DNA of 64,000 nt from Azolla caroliniana (taxonomy: Eukaryota; Plantae; Polypodiophyta). How positions within the stretch are numbered: position 1 is the first letter of the stretch; each line of letters begins with the position of its first letter. This document shows positions 25,091-38,390 of the stretch, piece by piece. The stretch is from assembly GCA_043228905.1 (NCBI GenBank), contig JBHGNT010000022.1:8246001-8310000 (forward strand). The letters run 5' to 3'. The notes beneath the pieces were generated by a model. The model worked only from the letters and a program-made list of their open reading frames with translations. It was not told the origin of the DNA and did not search any database. The position numbers were made by a program, and so were the translations under genes.

Positions 25091-27214
25091 TCTATTCTCA
25101 TGATTCTCATGTACTGTTAGTACTAAAACGATTTCGAGAACATGGTCTTTATGCAAAGTTGCAAAAATGTAGTTCGGGTGCAACCAGGTGGAATTTCTGG
25201 CCTATGTCATCTCCTCGGAAGGTATCTCCATGGATCCGCGTTCGTTGCGAGATGTGCAATGTTTTTTGGGCTTTGCCAATTTCTACCGCAAGTTTATATA
25301 GGATTGCTCAAAGCTTGTTTGGCCTCTCACACAACTTACTAAGAAGGGACAATCGTTCATTTGGTCTGAAGAAGCGGACATGGCTTTTGAGAATCTTAAG
25401 GAGGAATTTACATCAGCTCCTATTCTAGCTCACGTTGATCCGGAAAAACCATTCATCATGGAAGCGGACGTGTCCGATTTCACATTTGGTAGCATTCTGT
25501 TACAACAAGGTAATGATGAAAAGCTACATCCTGTGGCTTTCCACTCACGCAAGTGTAACACCGTCGAAATAAACTATGAAATTCATGATAAGGAGCTATT
25601 AGCAATAGTGGACTCTTTTACGCAATGGAGGAATTTTCTAGAGGGATCCTCTCATCAAGTCACCGTATTCAGTGATCACAAAAACCTTGCCTACTTTCAA
25701 AGTGCTCGTGTGTTAAATCGACGTCAAGCTCGGTGGGCCCAATTCCTCACGTGTTTCGACTTCAAAATTACATATCGTCCGAGGAAGCGCCAAGGGAAGG
25801 CATATGCATTATCATGACGTTCGTATCTAGCACTGCGTCCCGGCAAACCATCTTTCAATAACCAAAAGCAAGTAATCTTGGAACGGCACAACTGCAAGCA
25901 ACACAGGTCTTCGGCATGCCCTTGGATTCCCACGTTATCGATACCATACGTGAGGACTTGAAGACAGATGCTTTCGCCCAAGCCATTCTAGCACAAATTG
26001 ATCCCTCTCGAACATCTTGTTCACGGCTACAACAACCAGGTACGGACTATCGACAATTCGAATGTCATGATGGATTACTATTCTTTAAGAAACTCTTGTA
26101 TGTTCCTAATTGTTCTTGCCGCCTTCGAGTAGTCCAAAACTGTCATGACACATATACAGTTGGGCATTTTGGTAGTACTAAGACATTAGATTTAGTACAA
26201 CAATCATTCTGGTGGCCCCATATGTGACAATTTGTCGAAGATTTTGTCCGGACTTGTGATACATGTTGCAGAGCAAAAATGCTAAGGCATCATCCATATG
26301 GTTTATTAGAACCATTACCAATTCTAAGCAAGCTGTGGCAATCCATTGCTCTAGATTTCATCACAGATTTTCCAGTCTCTAAGGGATTCAATGCGATTTT
26401 AACAGTAGTAGATCAATATACGAAGATGGCTCATTTCTTGCCATGTACTAAGGAAATCTCTCTAGTGAAGAAACAACCGAAATTGTCATGCATGAAGTAT
26501 GTCGGCATCATGGCCTTCCTAATAATATCATCAGCGATCGTGGACCCCAGTTCGTCTCGAAATTCTAGAAGCACCTTTTTAAAATGCTCAAGGTCACTTG
26601 TAACCTCTCCTCCGGCTACCACCCGCAAACCGATGGCGAAGCAGAACGAACAAATCAAACGCTAGAGTAGTATCTTTGGTGCTTTCTAAGCTATCATCAG
26701 GATGACTAGGCGAATATTCTCCACTTCGCCGAATTTTCCTATTATAACTCTGTCCACTCATCAACTAAAGTTACGCGATTTTATGCTTATACGGGTTGTC
26801 ACCCCCGGTGGTGTGTATTTGAAACCCCATACTTACCCACAAATCCTTACGCAGAGGATCATTTGGAGCGGTTACGCAATATACAAGCAAATTTATCTAC
26901 TCATCTACAACAAGCTCAACAAACACACAAGGTTTACGTGGATCGTCATTGGCTTCCATACAATTTTAACATTGGACATCGGGTATGGCTACTACGACGA
27001 CACATCACGACTACTTGCCCATGCGAGAAGTTGGATTATCGGCGATTAGGTCCTTTCTGTATTATCGGAAAGATTAATGATGTCGCTTTTTGTCGCGATC
27101 TACCCCCGCAACTTCGCATACATTCGGTGTTTCATAGTTCTCTCCTCGAACCCTATCAAGACCACCATCTCAAGACGTATTCCACAACCTCCATCCCCGA
27201 TCGAACTTGAAGAT

Positions 27215-27400
27215 GGACCTGAGTACAAGGTTGCCGCCATCCTCGATTCCAAGAATGTTCGCAACAAGCTCTACTATTTAGTCGATTGGCTAGGATATAG
27301 TCCCAGCGAGCGTACTTGGGAACCAATAGAAAATGTGACCAATGCTCGTGCTCTTCCTGAAGACTTCCATTGTCAATATCCAGATAAACCGGGTCCTCAA
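27215..27400 (+). other. Chromodomain at the integrase C-terminus
   Basis: EYKVAAILDS..YYLVDWLGYSPSERTWEP. Confidence 0.92.
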
Positions 27401-28618
27401 TCCAAAACGACTCGTGACACTCGTCATTTAAAAGGGGGATAGTGTCATGATATGGCAAGACTCGAACCCATGACCTTATGTTACATGGGTCAATTTCTTG
27501 ACCATTACACTATCAATTGTAATATATTATATATTATTTTTATTTAAGTTTTACTATAGAAAATTAAGGTATATTCCAGATTTCTCTGGAACATTCTAGA
27601 AGCTTCAAGACTACTCCTGGGTACACTATAAAAGGAGGCACAAGGCATTATTTCGAACCAAATCGGTTCAACGCCAGTCTTAAGCCTCCTAACCTTCCTT
27701 GTATATTCTTCTCACATAATATATCGTTGTCATCATCATTTTCTCTCCCTCGATCTCTCACTCACTCACTCTCTCTCTCTCCCGAGTGTTCTACACCCTC
27801 TATTCCTCTTAGTACTAATATTCCTCTCTTAGTACTAATTTCTTCTCTATCTCAGTACTATTCCTGACAACATTCCTACATGATGACCTCGAAGAAGAGA
27901 TCTACATGCATCAACCGGAAGGATTTGAGACCAAGTCAAGATACAAATGTTGAAGAAAGCCCTAAACCAGACTTTCTCAATGAAAGATTTGGGTCCGGCA
28001 AAACAGATATTAGGGATGCACATAATCCGGAACCAGTCAGAGAAGCTGTTGTGGTTGTTATAGGAGAAGTACGAGACAAAGGTGCTTCAAAGGTTCAACA
28101 TGTCGGAGGCAAAACCGATCCGATCGACACTTCCGGCAAACTGCAAGTTGTCCGGAAAGCAGAGCCCGAAGACAAAGGCAGAGAAGTCGGATATGACGAA
28201 GATACCATTTGCCTCTGCCATCGGAAGCTTAATGTATGCAATGGTGTGCACCCGACCGAATATTGCATATGTTGTCAGTGTAATCAGCCGGCTCATGAGC
28301 AACCCACGAAGAGAGCACTAGAACGCAGTCAAGTGGATACTCCGGTATCTGAAAGGCACCTCGAGTATGTGCCTCCGGTTTGGCTCCGGTAAACCCCAAC
28401 TTGACGGGTTCACGGATTCGGATATGTCGGCTGATGTGGATACCAACCGGTCTCCATCAAGATATGTCATGACTTATGCAGGCAGAGCTGTATCATGGCA
28501 GTCAAGGCTGCAGAAGTTCGTTGCACTGTCGACAACGGAAGCGGAGTACATGGTAGCTATGGAAACCGGCAAGGCGATACTCTGGATGAAGGACTTCATC
28601 AGGGAGCTAGGGATCCGG

Positions 28619-28797
28619 TAGGAGGAATACGACTAAGTCCAGCCAAAGTAGGAGTCGTTTGGTTGGACAACCCTAGATCTGTGCAGCCCATTAGTGGTTC
28701 CATTCCCTCTAAGCAAGTTAGCAACGTGTTCGTAGCCCAAGTAACAGTTAGTACTAAAAGTACCCCTCCAGTACATGTCTTAGCACTTCTAGATTCC
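28619..28797 (+). mobile_element. Isolated fragment of the chromovirus gag/pol junction
   Basis: Near-identical to 21100-21265 and to the reverse complement of about 570-728. Confidence 0.9.
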
Positions 28798-28799
28798 CT

Positions 28800-29650
28800 C
28801 TTAACATTGAAGTCAAAGAAACATGCAAGCAATTAGATGCCCTTGTGAATCGGGTGGCTACACATTTCTCGAGGAGCTCAATGCGCCAAGGTGAATTAAC
28901 TAAGATGCAAGATGCATTAGAATACACACATTTGCATATTCTTGGGATTGTGAAGACACGATGGCTTAGTCGGCATGGTGCTATCATGAGGGTATGCGAT
29001 GTGTATGAACCCTTGAGCTTTCATTGATAGGATTAATTCAATGTTCTTCTACGACAGCATGTGAGAGAGGCTTTAGTTGCCTAAATCTAGTAAAAATAAG
29101 TTTAGAAATAGGTTAAAAAGCAATGTCGTTGATGCATTAATACGAATCTCTATTGAAGGACCTGAACTAGAAGAACATGACTTTAGTGCTAGCATTTTGT
29201 CGTGGTGAGAAAGCAAGGCATATCGTCATATTTTTACAGGAACTTCTCATGAGCATGATGATGACATCGAGGACTTCATAGAAGATATAGATTGAAACTT
29301 TATAAATTTGATCAATTTTGTTTTGGAACTTTCTATATACTAGATCTAATATGTTGTTAATGCTAGTTTACAAAGTTTTGAAAAGTGAAATTTGTTTAAA
29401 AAGTTAGAATGTTTTTTTGGTAAATATATATCTTTAGTTTTTGGGATCCAAATTTTTGTGATTGATTTGATTTGGTATTGCACTAGATTTTTTCTTTTGA
29501 TTTGGTATATGGCCAAAAAAATAAAATTAACATGTTCCGGTTGACATTGTCGCTGGTAGGAACATGGCCAGCTGAAATTTTAAAATTCCAGTTAGGTTTA
29601 TGAACAATAGGAAAATTTCCGGTATGGGCTAGAGACTTTGCCCAACACTG
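28800..29650 (+). mobile_element. hAT DNA transposon 3' remnant (transposase fragments and possible TIR)
   Basis: HFSRSSMRQ..KTRWLS; STTACERG..KNKFRNRL..RISIEGP hAT dimerisation motif; possible terminus CCCAACACTG at 29641-29650. Confidence 0.7.
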
Positions 29651-31005
29651 GTTGGGGTGCACGTAATGTATTAGCCATACATATATATATATGTGTGGTG
29701 ATTGGTCCATTCTACTCACAACACCATAGTAAACATGCCATTGTCCTTTACCCCAAACAATCTCTCATTTAATTAAAAATGGCTTTTAAAAGGGGAATAA
29801 AATTTGTATATGTACAATTACTAGTATAAATTCATTAGAGTACCTAGAGATTCTCACATTCAATGCCCATCACTTGTCTAACAAACCTATGTAATGTTCA
29901 TCTCTTTGTGAAAACATGGGTTATCATCTACGTCTATATTGATAAGCTTAATATAATTGTTTTGCCACACTTTGTATTAAGTAATACAAAACACAACAAA
30001 GATGTACAATTCAATCATCAAAGCTTTCACGAGGAGTAGAAGGTTAAGGTTTGAGTCTTGTCTATAATATGAGAGGTCAAACAGATGTCCTTAAGATTAA
30101 TAGGGGAATGCAAATGGATGGTTATGGATATGACATTTATGTTCACACCATGTGCTTGACAGCAAGGAATGCAAGGTGAAAAAGCGAGGAGCATGCTAAA
30201 AAAGACAGTTGCTAGTGGAATTATAGATCAAGGCGAAAGAGTTGATGAAATTTCAAACAACCTCAGAGTTGCGATGGAAGTTTGGATCAAAGGCGAAAGA
30301 GTTGTTAGAATTTCGAATAGCCTCAAAATTGCGGATCAAGGAGCATTTAAGAACGACAATGTCAAGATACAACGAAGTTGTCATCTATTGGGACATTGTA
30401 CCGAATCTCGAAGATCTCCCTTTGAAGCCTCTACCCACAAACTTATATTACTATCTTCTTTATCCACCTAACTTTCAAACTAGTCCATAAAACAAAGTTG
30501 AGATAATCTCGCTTGTATCTACTCAATTCATGAACTTTAGCACAATTTGTAATTTTGATAAATTTATATTCTATTATTTCTTGTAAATCTTTCATCTAAA
30601 ACTAATCATAATAGAACAAGGAGCATGCCAAACTATTCGGTTTAGAACTCCGAGTCACACTACCACGAGGAAGAATTTGTTTCAAGGTTTGTGCCAAATT
30701 TTTAGATAGTGATTCCGACCACTGGGTGAGAAGTTGGAACCTTCTCCTCTTCCAACCTTCTCTCTCTCCACCTTTTTCTTAATCTTTCACCCATTCATTT
30801 TTCTCCTTTTTTTTATTTACATCAACAAGAACATAGTTGATGCAAGTCGAAATGGGAATTGGCAAATTAAACACATAAGCTTCTTCTTGTAGTATAAGCA
30901 TACTAGAATTCATGAGTATGCTCTAAGATGGGGAGCTTTATAGGTTTCTATTAGCAAAGTGGAGGGATCATGTTGAGAGCATAGACAAACATGATGATGT
31001 TTCAC

Positions 31006-31405
31006 TTAGGTAGATGATGTATACACACCACACCAACTTATACATATTAGTTTGTTAGTTAGCTCCTATATTAGGTTTCATTATCCCAACTTTATATGCC
31101 ATTGTATTTCGAGTTGGACAATTGTGATTAAGCTCATTTTTTTCTCAAGCAATCTTCACCACTCAAAATAGAGAATCAACAAATAGCAACTAAGCTATCA
31201 CAAAGTTAGGTAGATGATGTATACACACCACACCAAGTTATACATATTAGTTTGTCAGTTAGCTCCTATATTAGGTTTCATTATCCCAACTTTATACGCC
31301 GTTGTATTTCGAGTTGGACAATTGTGATTAAGCTCATTTTTTTCTCAAGCAATCTTCACCACTCAAAATAGAGCATCAACGAATAGCAACTAAGCTATCA
31401 CCAAG
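31006..31405. repeat. 200-bp tandem duplication (two near-identical copies)
   Basis: TTAGGTAGATGATGTATACACACC at 31006 and 31206. Confidence 0.95.
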
Positions 31406-33135
31406 TAGATCCCCCACTAGTTAGTCAATGTAAAATTCAACAAGTCCTACTTTATGTTTGCAATCAAATGGCGTATATGAAATTGGGGACCTAATAGATG
31501 GAAATGGAAACTAAATCATTGTTGTCTTGTGATCAAACTAAAACTTTTAGACCTTCAATGCTCCTTTGACAAAATGAATGATTGACCAATACAAGAACAC
31601 ATGAGAGTCAAGATCACCTACAAAAACACCTATGCATACTATGATTGAAAATTGAAGTACTTTAACATTGATTCTACACTAATCCACAAAAAGGAAAGTG
31701 AGAGCAAGTGTCCAATTTGTCTACTTTTCAATTTCGAAGTTTACAATGCATAAATACCACAATCATATGAACAATTACATAAAATGATGAAATGCCTTCC
31801 AATTCTCATAGAAGGATATTGGAATGCTCATATTGATAAGAATTCAAAACTCATTTAAGTTCCTATTATTTGAAATAGAACATGCACGTTTATGCATGCA
31901 TTTGTTGAAAATGTTTCCATTGACTTTATAATATGACGAAGCCTGAAACTGGCGCATTCAAAGAGCAACAAATTGTATACGCATGATAAATTGAGTGTAG
32001 ATTTCAACTTGATTTTTTATGTGTCATTTTACTAAAAAACAAGAAAAGATTTGAGATGATAAGACTCCATGTTTCTTTCTACATAGCATGTAAAGCATTT
32101 GTATTGAACTTTATGCATGTCGAACTTCAAATAATGGTGACATAATTTGCCATTTCATTGAAAAAATATCTATGTGATAGAATCATGGTTTATTATTGAA
32201 AACCTTTTGAAAAGTAGAATTATTAAGAGCATGGAAGGAAATTTCACTTGAATTTGTTAGAAATATGTGAGGCCTAGAGAGAAGTATGGGATGGTGATTG
32301 GATATGAAATTATTCCATGTAATTAGAAGTGTATCAATCAATATTGTGTGTTGTGTGACATTCAAGGAGTGGGTGCATGTTGACAGAAATAAATGGATTT
32401 ATTTTTAACTTGAGAGACAGTGAGAGATGAGAGCGACTTAGTTTGTAGCTTTTATATAAGGCAAAAATTATATGCCTACTAAAAAGGGACAATAATACAA
32501 CACTTAAAACATTATGATTAGCAATTGGCCTTGCGTGGAAAGAGTTCTCTTTCCACGGAATATATGTCATCCACATGCAATACAAATGGGTGTTTATAGT
32601 AATCGATGATCCAAAGGGCTCCGTGTGCAACACGCACTGATGTTTCTTGTACCAGCTAAACTAGAAGGAAAAGAAAATGTGTGTAGGGGGAAGAAAATGT
32701 CAAAGATGAATGAGTCACCTCGAAGCTCGACGTACACACATGCGTAGATCTAGATGTACACGTACACGTATACACACACACACACACACACACACATGAT
32801 AAGTTGACCCACCTAATTTGTTGTGCAAGTTGTGCACATTCAAAGCAAAACAAACACATGCATGTAAAAACCCAATAAATAAAGTGTCGAGACAAATGGA
32901 CACACATATATATATATATACGTATGTATGTATAAAGAGAAAGAGAGAGAGAGAGAGAGAGACTTTTGTATGACTTAAGTAAGAAGCTCTTTTGCCTTGG
33001 AGGAAGAAGAGGAGGAGCCTTTGATCAACAACCAACCCCCCCCTCCACACCCCCAACCCTAACCCCAAAATTGGGTGTGAATAACCCCTTGCTGCTTTCT
33101 CCCTACCTTCTTCATCTTGCTGCTGACTTGGCACC

Positions 33136-33660
33136 CTGGCAGCCCTCGTGGCACTCCTCGTGCCCGCCACTTGGCTGGCATTGACGGCATGGCTCCCCGT
33201 AGCTTGCTTAGGAGCGGCCGCCATCGTCTCGTGCGCCCTACAAACAGAATGCCCAGAAGAAGAGTTCGACGAGGACGAGGACGAGGTATACGGCCGTGGC
33301 GGCCCGCTCACATGGCACAACCCATCCAGCCCTCGACCCCTCGATCCTGAGCTCGTTCGCGCCATCCCTTGCGTGCCTTACCACGAGCACCGTAACCGTG
33401 CTTGCGGGATGGATCAACGCACGTGCGTAGTGTGTCTCGATGCATTCGATTCCCATGCCAATGTCCGAGAATTGCCGCTTTGCCGACATGCCTTCCATGC
33501 CGAGTGTATCGACTCATGGTTCCTAGGTCATTCCACATGCCCGATTTGTCGCCACGACGTGGCTTCATATTCCCCGTCCATAACACATTCCAAGGACATT
33601 TTGGCTACATCCGATGTGAACAGATCTTCTTCGGTTTGCCGGCTAGGAGTAGCAGCTTAG
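33136..33660 (+). CDS. ATL-like RING-H2 E3 ubiquitin ligase (host gene); start codon uncertain (CTG)
   Basis: N-terminal hydrophobic segment, acidic patch, GLD-like PLDPELVRAIP, RING-H2 CVVC..LPLCRHAFHAECIDSWFLGHSTCPICR; TATA at about 32931 followed by a GA repeat. Confidence 0.85.
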   Translation: MAALVALLVPATWLALTAWLPVACLGAAAIVSCALQTECPEEEFDEDEDEVYGRGGPLTWHNPSSPRPLDPELVRAIPCVPYHEHRNRACGMDQRTCVVCLDAFDSHANVRELPLCRHAFHAECIDSWFLGHSTCPICRHDVASYSPSITHSKDILATSDVNRSSSVCRLGVAA

Positions 33661-33950
33661 ATCTTGGGGTGAATCTTTTTCCATGTTCCGGGACATAATA
33701 TCAACATCAACGAATCTCAGGTTTGGATCGGAAGAGGGACTTTTCTCCATGTGTTACATCATGTACTGTACACTTAACACAGCATGGACGTATCACTCAT
33801 TTAGATGGACCAACAAAGAGTCTTCCCACATGGCTATATGTTGCAATGTACACACAAATAATGGTAGCTCTCAGGATTGTTGGGTCATAGTAACAGTTCG
33901 GATCGACAGAGATTCAAGATTTGTACCGTGTAATATATACAATTTGTACT

Positions 33951-34101
33951 AATACCCAATTTGTACATGGGGGTGTGATACCTTAGAAATTCTCGGTCAT
34001 GTAATGGAGTCTATACATTGACTTGAAATTTGTTCAAATACCAAATTTGTACACGCAGCTGTGATACCTTAGAAATACTAAGTGATGTTATGGAGTCTAT
34101 A
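33951..34101. repeat. Diverged tandem duplication of about 86 bp downstream of the RING gene
   Basis: AATTTGTACA..TGTGATACCTTAGAAAT..ATGGAGTCTATA occurs twice. Confidence 0.7.
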
Positions 34102-35169
34102 GATCGACACCAAAAGGACTTTTATAACTTCCAAGTAATGAAAACAAGATTTGACATACCTTTATAACTCGTCTCTCTAGAAAGAATGCTTAACTTTACA
34201 ATCATGGTCTCGAGAACAAAACTCAAGAGGGTGTTCTATATATGCTTTGCAACCATACAATGGAGAAAGGAAACTCAAGTAAAGGCTCGTTGATGTGCTA
34301 TAAAAATTTTAAGTGTGTTGACAAGGTACACTTAATCAAAAGATTTCTCTGTATTGTTAAGATGTTGTGGAATGGCCACTACAGTTTATTCTATCATCCA
34401 AAGGAAGGATGGAAATATCTCAAGCACTAAAGCATACATCTAGTTTTTCATGCCACGATCACATTCTAATTCACAACATTTAATAAATATCTATCTAATT
34501 CACCAACACAAATGTGAGGTCAAGATGGATTCAAGATACATATTGGACCAAGTTGGGAAGCCCCAATTATAACACTAGAACTTCATTTCCCCACATTTTT
34601 ATCCATCATGATATATCGCTATCTATACCTCTTTTCAATGTATTCAAATTTTCAATTCTTATTTAAGAAGCTCCACACACCATAAAAAAAGATTGTCTTT
34701 GGTATCTCGTATATCATATTTGATAGTAGAGGATTAAATTGAATTATTATCTAGATTTTCAAATTCATAGTCAATTCACTATTTTTATATAGTTAGTTCC
34801 CTCTCACCATAGTGATAAGTTATAACACTATTAGCACTAGGTCTTGATTTCAAAACCTAATTTTCTCACCTTTTTATTACTCTGGTTCATAATCAGTGGA
34901 ATTTTGTTTTTGTAACTATTCAGTAATTGGGCCAATAAATCCACAGACATTTTGGGTAAGATATATAATTATTTTTGTTTACCAAGATGCCTCAGTGGTA
35001 TGTTCTTATACTACTAGCCTTAGCTCTTGGGTTCAAAACCTAATTTTCTCACGTCTCTATTGCTTATACATATCCTCTTAATTAAAAACATCCATGTCTT
35101 TGGGCATTGGTTTATCCAATAGGATCGAAGTCATAAAATCGAGAAAAGTATACATGAGGGAAGGGGTCA

Positions 35170-36305
35170 CTAATGAGTTGAAAAGCCACCCCCTAGTTCA
35201 TGGCTTTTGAAAGTATGCTTGGTGGCATTGTCTCTCTAAGAGTGAGAGGAATGCATATCCTCTTGTTAGGCTATCTTTGGTTGCTTGTGTCATTGAAAAT
35301 TTACTTGAGTGAGCACGGAAAGTGACTCCAAGATATATATATGATCCAACTACCTCAAATGGTCTATGAAAGACTGTTATGAGACATTTAGGAACTAACA
35401 TGAGCATATGTGTGGAAGATAAGGACTTAAGTTTAGTTTTCCTTAGATTCACTACCAAATCTCTTTGTATGCAAAAGTCATTTAAGGCATTAAGGTGCCT
35501 TTGTTGGTCATGTTCAGACCTAGAAAGTAAAACTATGTCCTTTGGCTTATGTACCCCCTACCCTAGGTCTACTCCGTTGCCTCCCTTATGAGCAATAAAA
35601 TCAGTAATATCATCAATGTAAATCCCGAAAAGTGTCAATGAAAGGGGAAACCCTTGTTTTACACCAATGGTGCTAGTAAAGCAATTGAATAGGCCACCTA
35701 GACATTATATGCACCTAGAGACTTGCTCATATAACGCATAAATTACCCAAATCATGGTATCTGGTATCTCCAAGCTTTTAAGACGATCAAACAACCATTC
35801 TCAAGGAATTGTGTCAAATGCTTTGTGAAAGTCCACAAAACAACAATATAATTTCCTCTTCTAAGTGTGAAAATATGGTAAATAATAGAGAAGACTTGTC
35901 TAAACCTGACCTGTTTGGGTGCTCGAAAACTTAATGTTTCTATATATTTTCTCGAACATCGTACACGTCCAAAGACTTGCTCATATAAAGCATAGATGCC
36001 CCAAATCATGTCATCTAGTATCTTCAAGCTTTTAAGCCTATCATGTTGGGAAACATCAATTCCTAACATATCAAACAACTGCTCTCTAGGGACTGTGTCA
36101 AAGGCTTTGCAAAAGTCCATAAAACCACAATATAATTTTCTCTTGTGAGCCTTGATCTAGTCAATTAACCATCTATGCGTGAAGATATGGTCAACAGTAG
36201 AGAAGGCTCGTCTATCCCCAACCTATTTGGGTGCTTCCATAACTGCAACATATAGTTTCGTGAGCATAAGACCAATCATAAGGTCTTATATGTATTTGGG
36301 TCCAT
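35170..36305 (-). mobile_element. Degenerate non-L1 LINE RT fragments with an internal duplication
   Basis: DFCKAFDTVPR (a second copy at about 35810-35850), GVKQGFPLSLTLFGIYIDD, VNLRKTK, YIYLGVTF. Confidence 0.8.
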
Positions 36306-36519
36306 CGGGTTCCTTCCTTTATTGTTGAGAAACAGGTCCCTCTAGATGGGAAGAGGATCGCAAGTCGAAGAAAGGACCGAATCAGTTGAGATAAACTCGG
36401 CCGAGGCCGAAAAATCAAACCCATTGCTCAATTCGGTCGTGGACAAAAATTGAATCCGAATCAATTAAGCTAATAATCGAATCGGTCGAAGCCGACTCGA
36501 CGCTATATCTAAAAATAGT

Positions 36520-38390
36520 GTTAATGTGCCCTTGTTAGCCACATGCACGTAGGCAAGACAACCGAACACCCTTAGGTGTTGGTACCACACGTCTTTGTCG
36601 GTCCACACTCTCTGTGGAACATCTCAATCCAGGGGTGGTGAGGGTGATCTATTTATCACATACACTGCCGTCATTAGTGCCTCATCCTAGAATGTCTTGG
36701 ACAACTTGCATATGCTAGCATGCTTCAGACCCTCTCCATAATGGTTCGATTCATCCTCTCATCCATCCCATTGAGCTCAGGCATTTTCAGTACTGTGTAC
36801 TCGAGCCAATTCCCTTCGATTGGCATTACTCTTCGAATTGCCTGCGGTATTCATTGCCATTGTTCGCTCGGGCTACTTTCAGTTTTCGGCCAATTTCCCT
36901 CTCGACTCTCCCTTGGAACTCCTTGAAGACCAACACCTAGTCTTTAGTCTTCAATACAGAAGTCCACGACTTCCAACTACAGTCATCTATGAAGGTCATG
37001 AAACACTGTGAACCAACATGAGACTTTGTGTCTATGTAGCATACGTTAGTATGCACGAGTTCCAATGACATTCTCTTCCTTGTGGGGGGCCTAGTTCGGA
37101 AGGAGGTTCGGTTGTGCTTGCTAGCCAAGCAATTGATGCACTTCTCAAGTTGCATGTTTTTTACCTCCGAAATGAGGTTTTCATCAGCAAGTCTCTGCAT
37201 CCCCTACTCGCTCATGTGGCCCAACCTCTTGTGCCATAGCTCACCCACATTGTCAGCTGTCACATTCGCTTCATCTCGACATATCCGCGCATGCATCAGC
37301 TACAGTGTGTTGGTTTTCCGAGCTTGAGCCACAATCAGGCTCCCTTTGTAGAACTTCATGACGCCGTTCCAGATGCTACCTGTGTAGCCTTCATCATCCA
37401 GTCGACCGGCTGATATCATATTCAATCGAACTTCCAGAACATGTCGGACATCCTTCAGCACTAGTTGACACCCGGTCGATGTCACCAAACACACATCTCC
37501 TATGTTGACAATTCGGCATGATCCTTTATTTCCCATCTTTACAAAATCGTGGTCTCTAACCTTGTACGATGAGAAGCACTTTTGGTCGGGTTTAGGTGAA
37601 ATGCCGCACCCGAATTGACCACACATGTCAATTCTTTGCCGGCGAGATTAACTTCATTTTGTTCGCTAATGAACAACAACTCTTCACTCACGGCGATTGC
37701 TGAGGTGTTCTATGTGTCTAGGATTTTCTTCGGCTCTACACCATCAGCTCCCCCTTTCTCCTTTTGAAGTTGTTGTATAGACTCATGTCTAAAATACCTC
37801 ATATACGCCGCCGCCTTCAGATGCATAACTTCCCAAGTCGATGCATTGATTTTATCTGGCTTGGTCTTGCCATATTGCATCGGCAACCACAAGTCTTTTG
37901 GACACGACCATATCCTGCACTAAATAGTTGGAGCCGGTAAGTTTGAACATTTTGCCAAATGTGTGTTTCATCGCTCGGATAGTAGTTTGTTGAGAATCAA
38001 CTAGCCACAACCGGTTAATACACTTGCGTATGCGGGTGCAAAGATTGAGAATGGTAGCGCTCAGACAGAAAGAAAACAAAAGTGCACAAAACGAGAAAAA
38101 AACTCAAAGAGACGGGATGTTTTATGTGGAAAACTTGAAAGGGAAAAACCACGGGGGTCAAGAAACCCCAAGAAATGAATCACTATACATAGAGAGAGGA
38201 ATATATGGAGACTTGGAGGCAACGACCTCGAGCTCATCTTCGTCTAACAAATGGTGGCAGAGTTACGACCCTCACTCTCTCTCACTCTCACTCTCTTACT
38301 AGTTACAACGACAACTACTCATTGTAACTTGTTACAACTATAATGATCATCAACACATATCTAACTACTTGCCCTAAGTATATATACACT
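36520..38390 (-). mobile_element. Copia family A-like 5' half (partial LTR from 37988, gag, protease, integrase fragments), heavily deleted
   Basis: FKLTGSNY, VKMGNKGSCRIV, LELVHTNVC; degenerate iMet PBS near 37972-37984; a related LTR fragment also lies at about 36322-36500. Confidence 0.8.

Larger units (their letters stand above)
19301..27869 (+). mobile_element. Complete but decayed Ty3/gypsy chromovirus (Tcn1-like) copy 2; LTRs 19301-20277 and 27443-27869
   Basis: Paired LTRs, TSD GCATT/ACATT, PPT AAAAGGGGGATAG at 27430-27442, order gag-PR-RT-RH-INT-chromodomain. Confidence 0.95.
17462..28618 (+). mobile_element. Ty1/copia family A (Tnt1-like) internal region, decayed and split by the chromovirus at 19301-27869
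   Basis: WVVNSGASFH protease, integrase HLKVFGC..KLDPKARPCIF; RT LDVKTAF continues as LHxDLEEEIYM across the insertion; RNase H VALSTTEAEY. Confidence 0.9.

Noticed and set aside
30040-30835. Possible solo LTR or old TE with a 100-aa ORF
   Set aside because: Looks TE-like, but I found no convincing termini, TSD or second copy.
32715-33365. 216-aa minus-strand ORF overlapping the RING gene
   Set aside because: GC-rich antisense shadow running into microsatellites.
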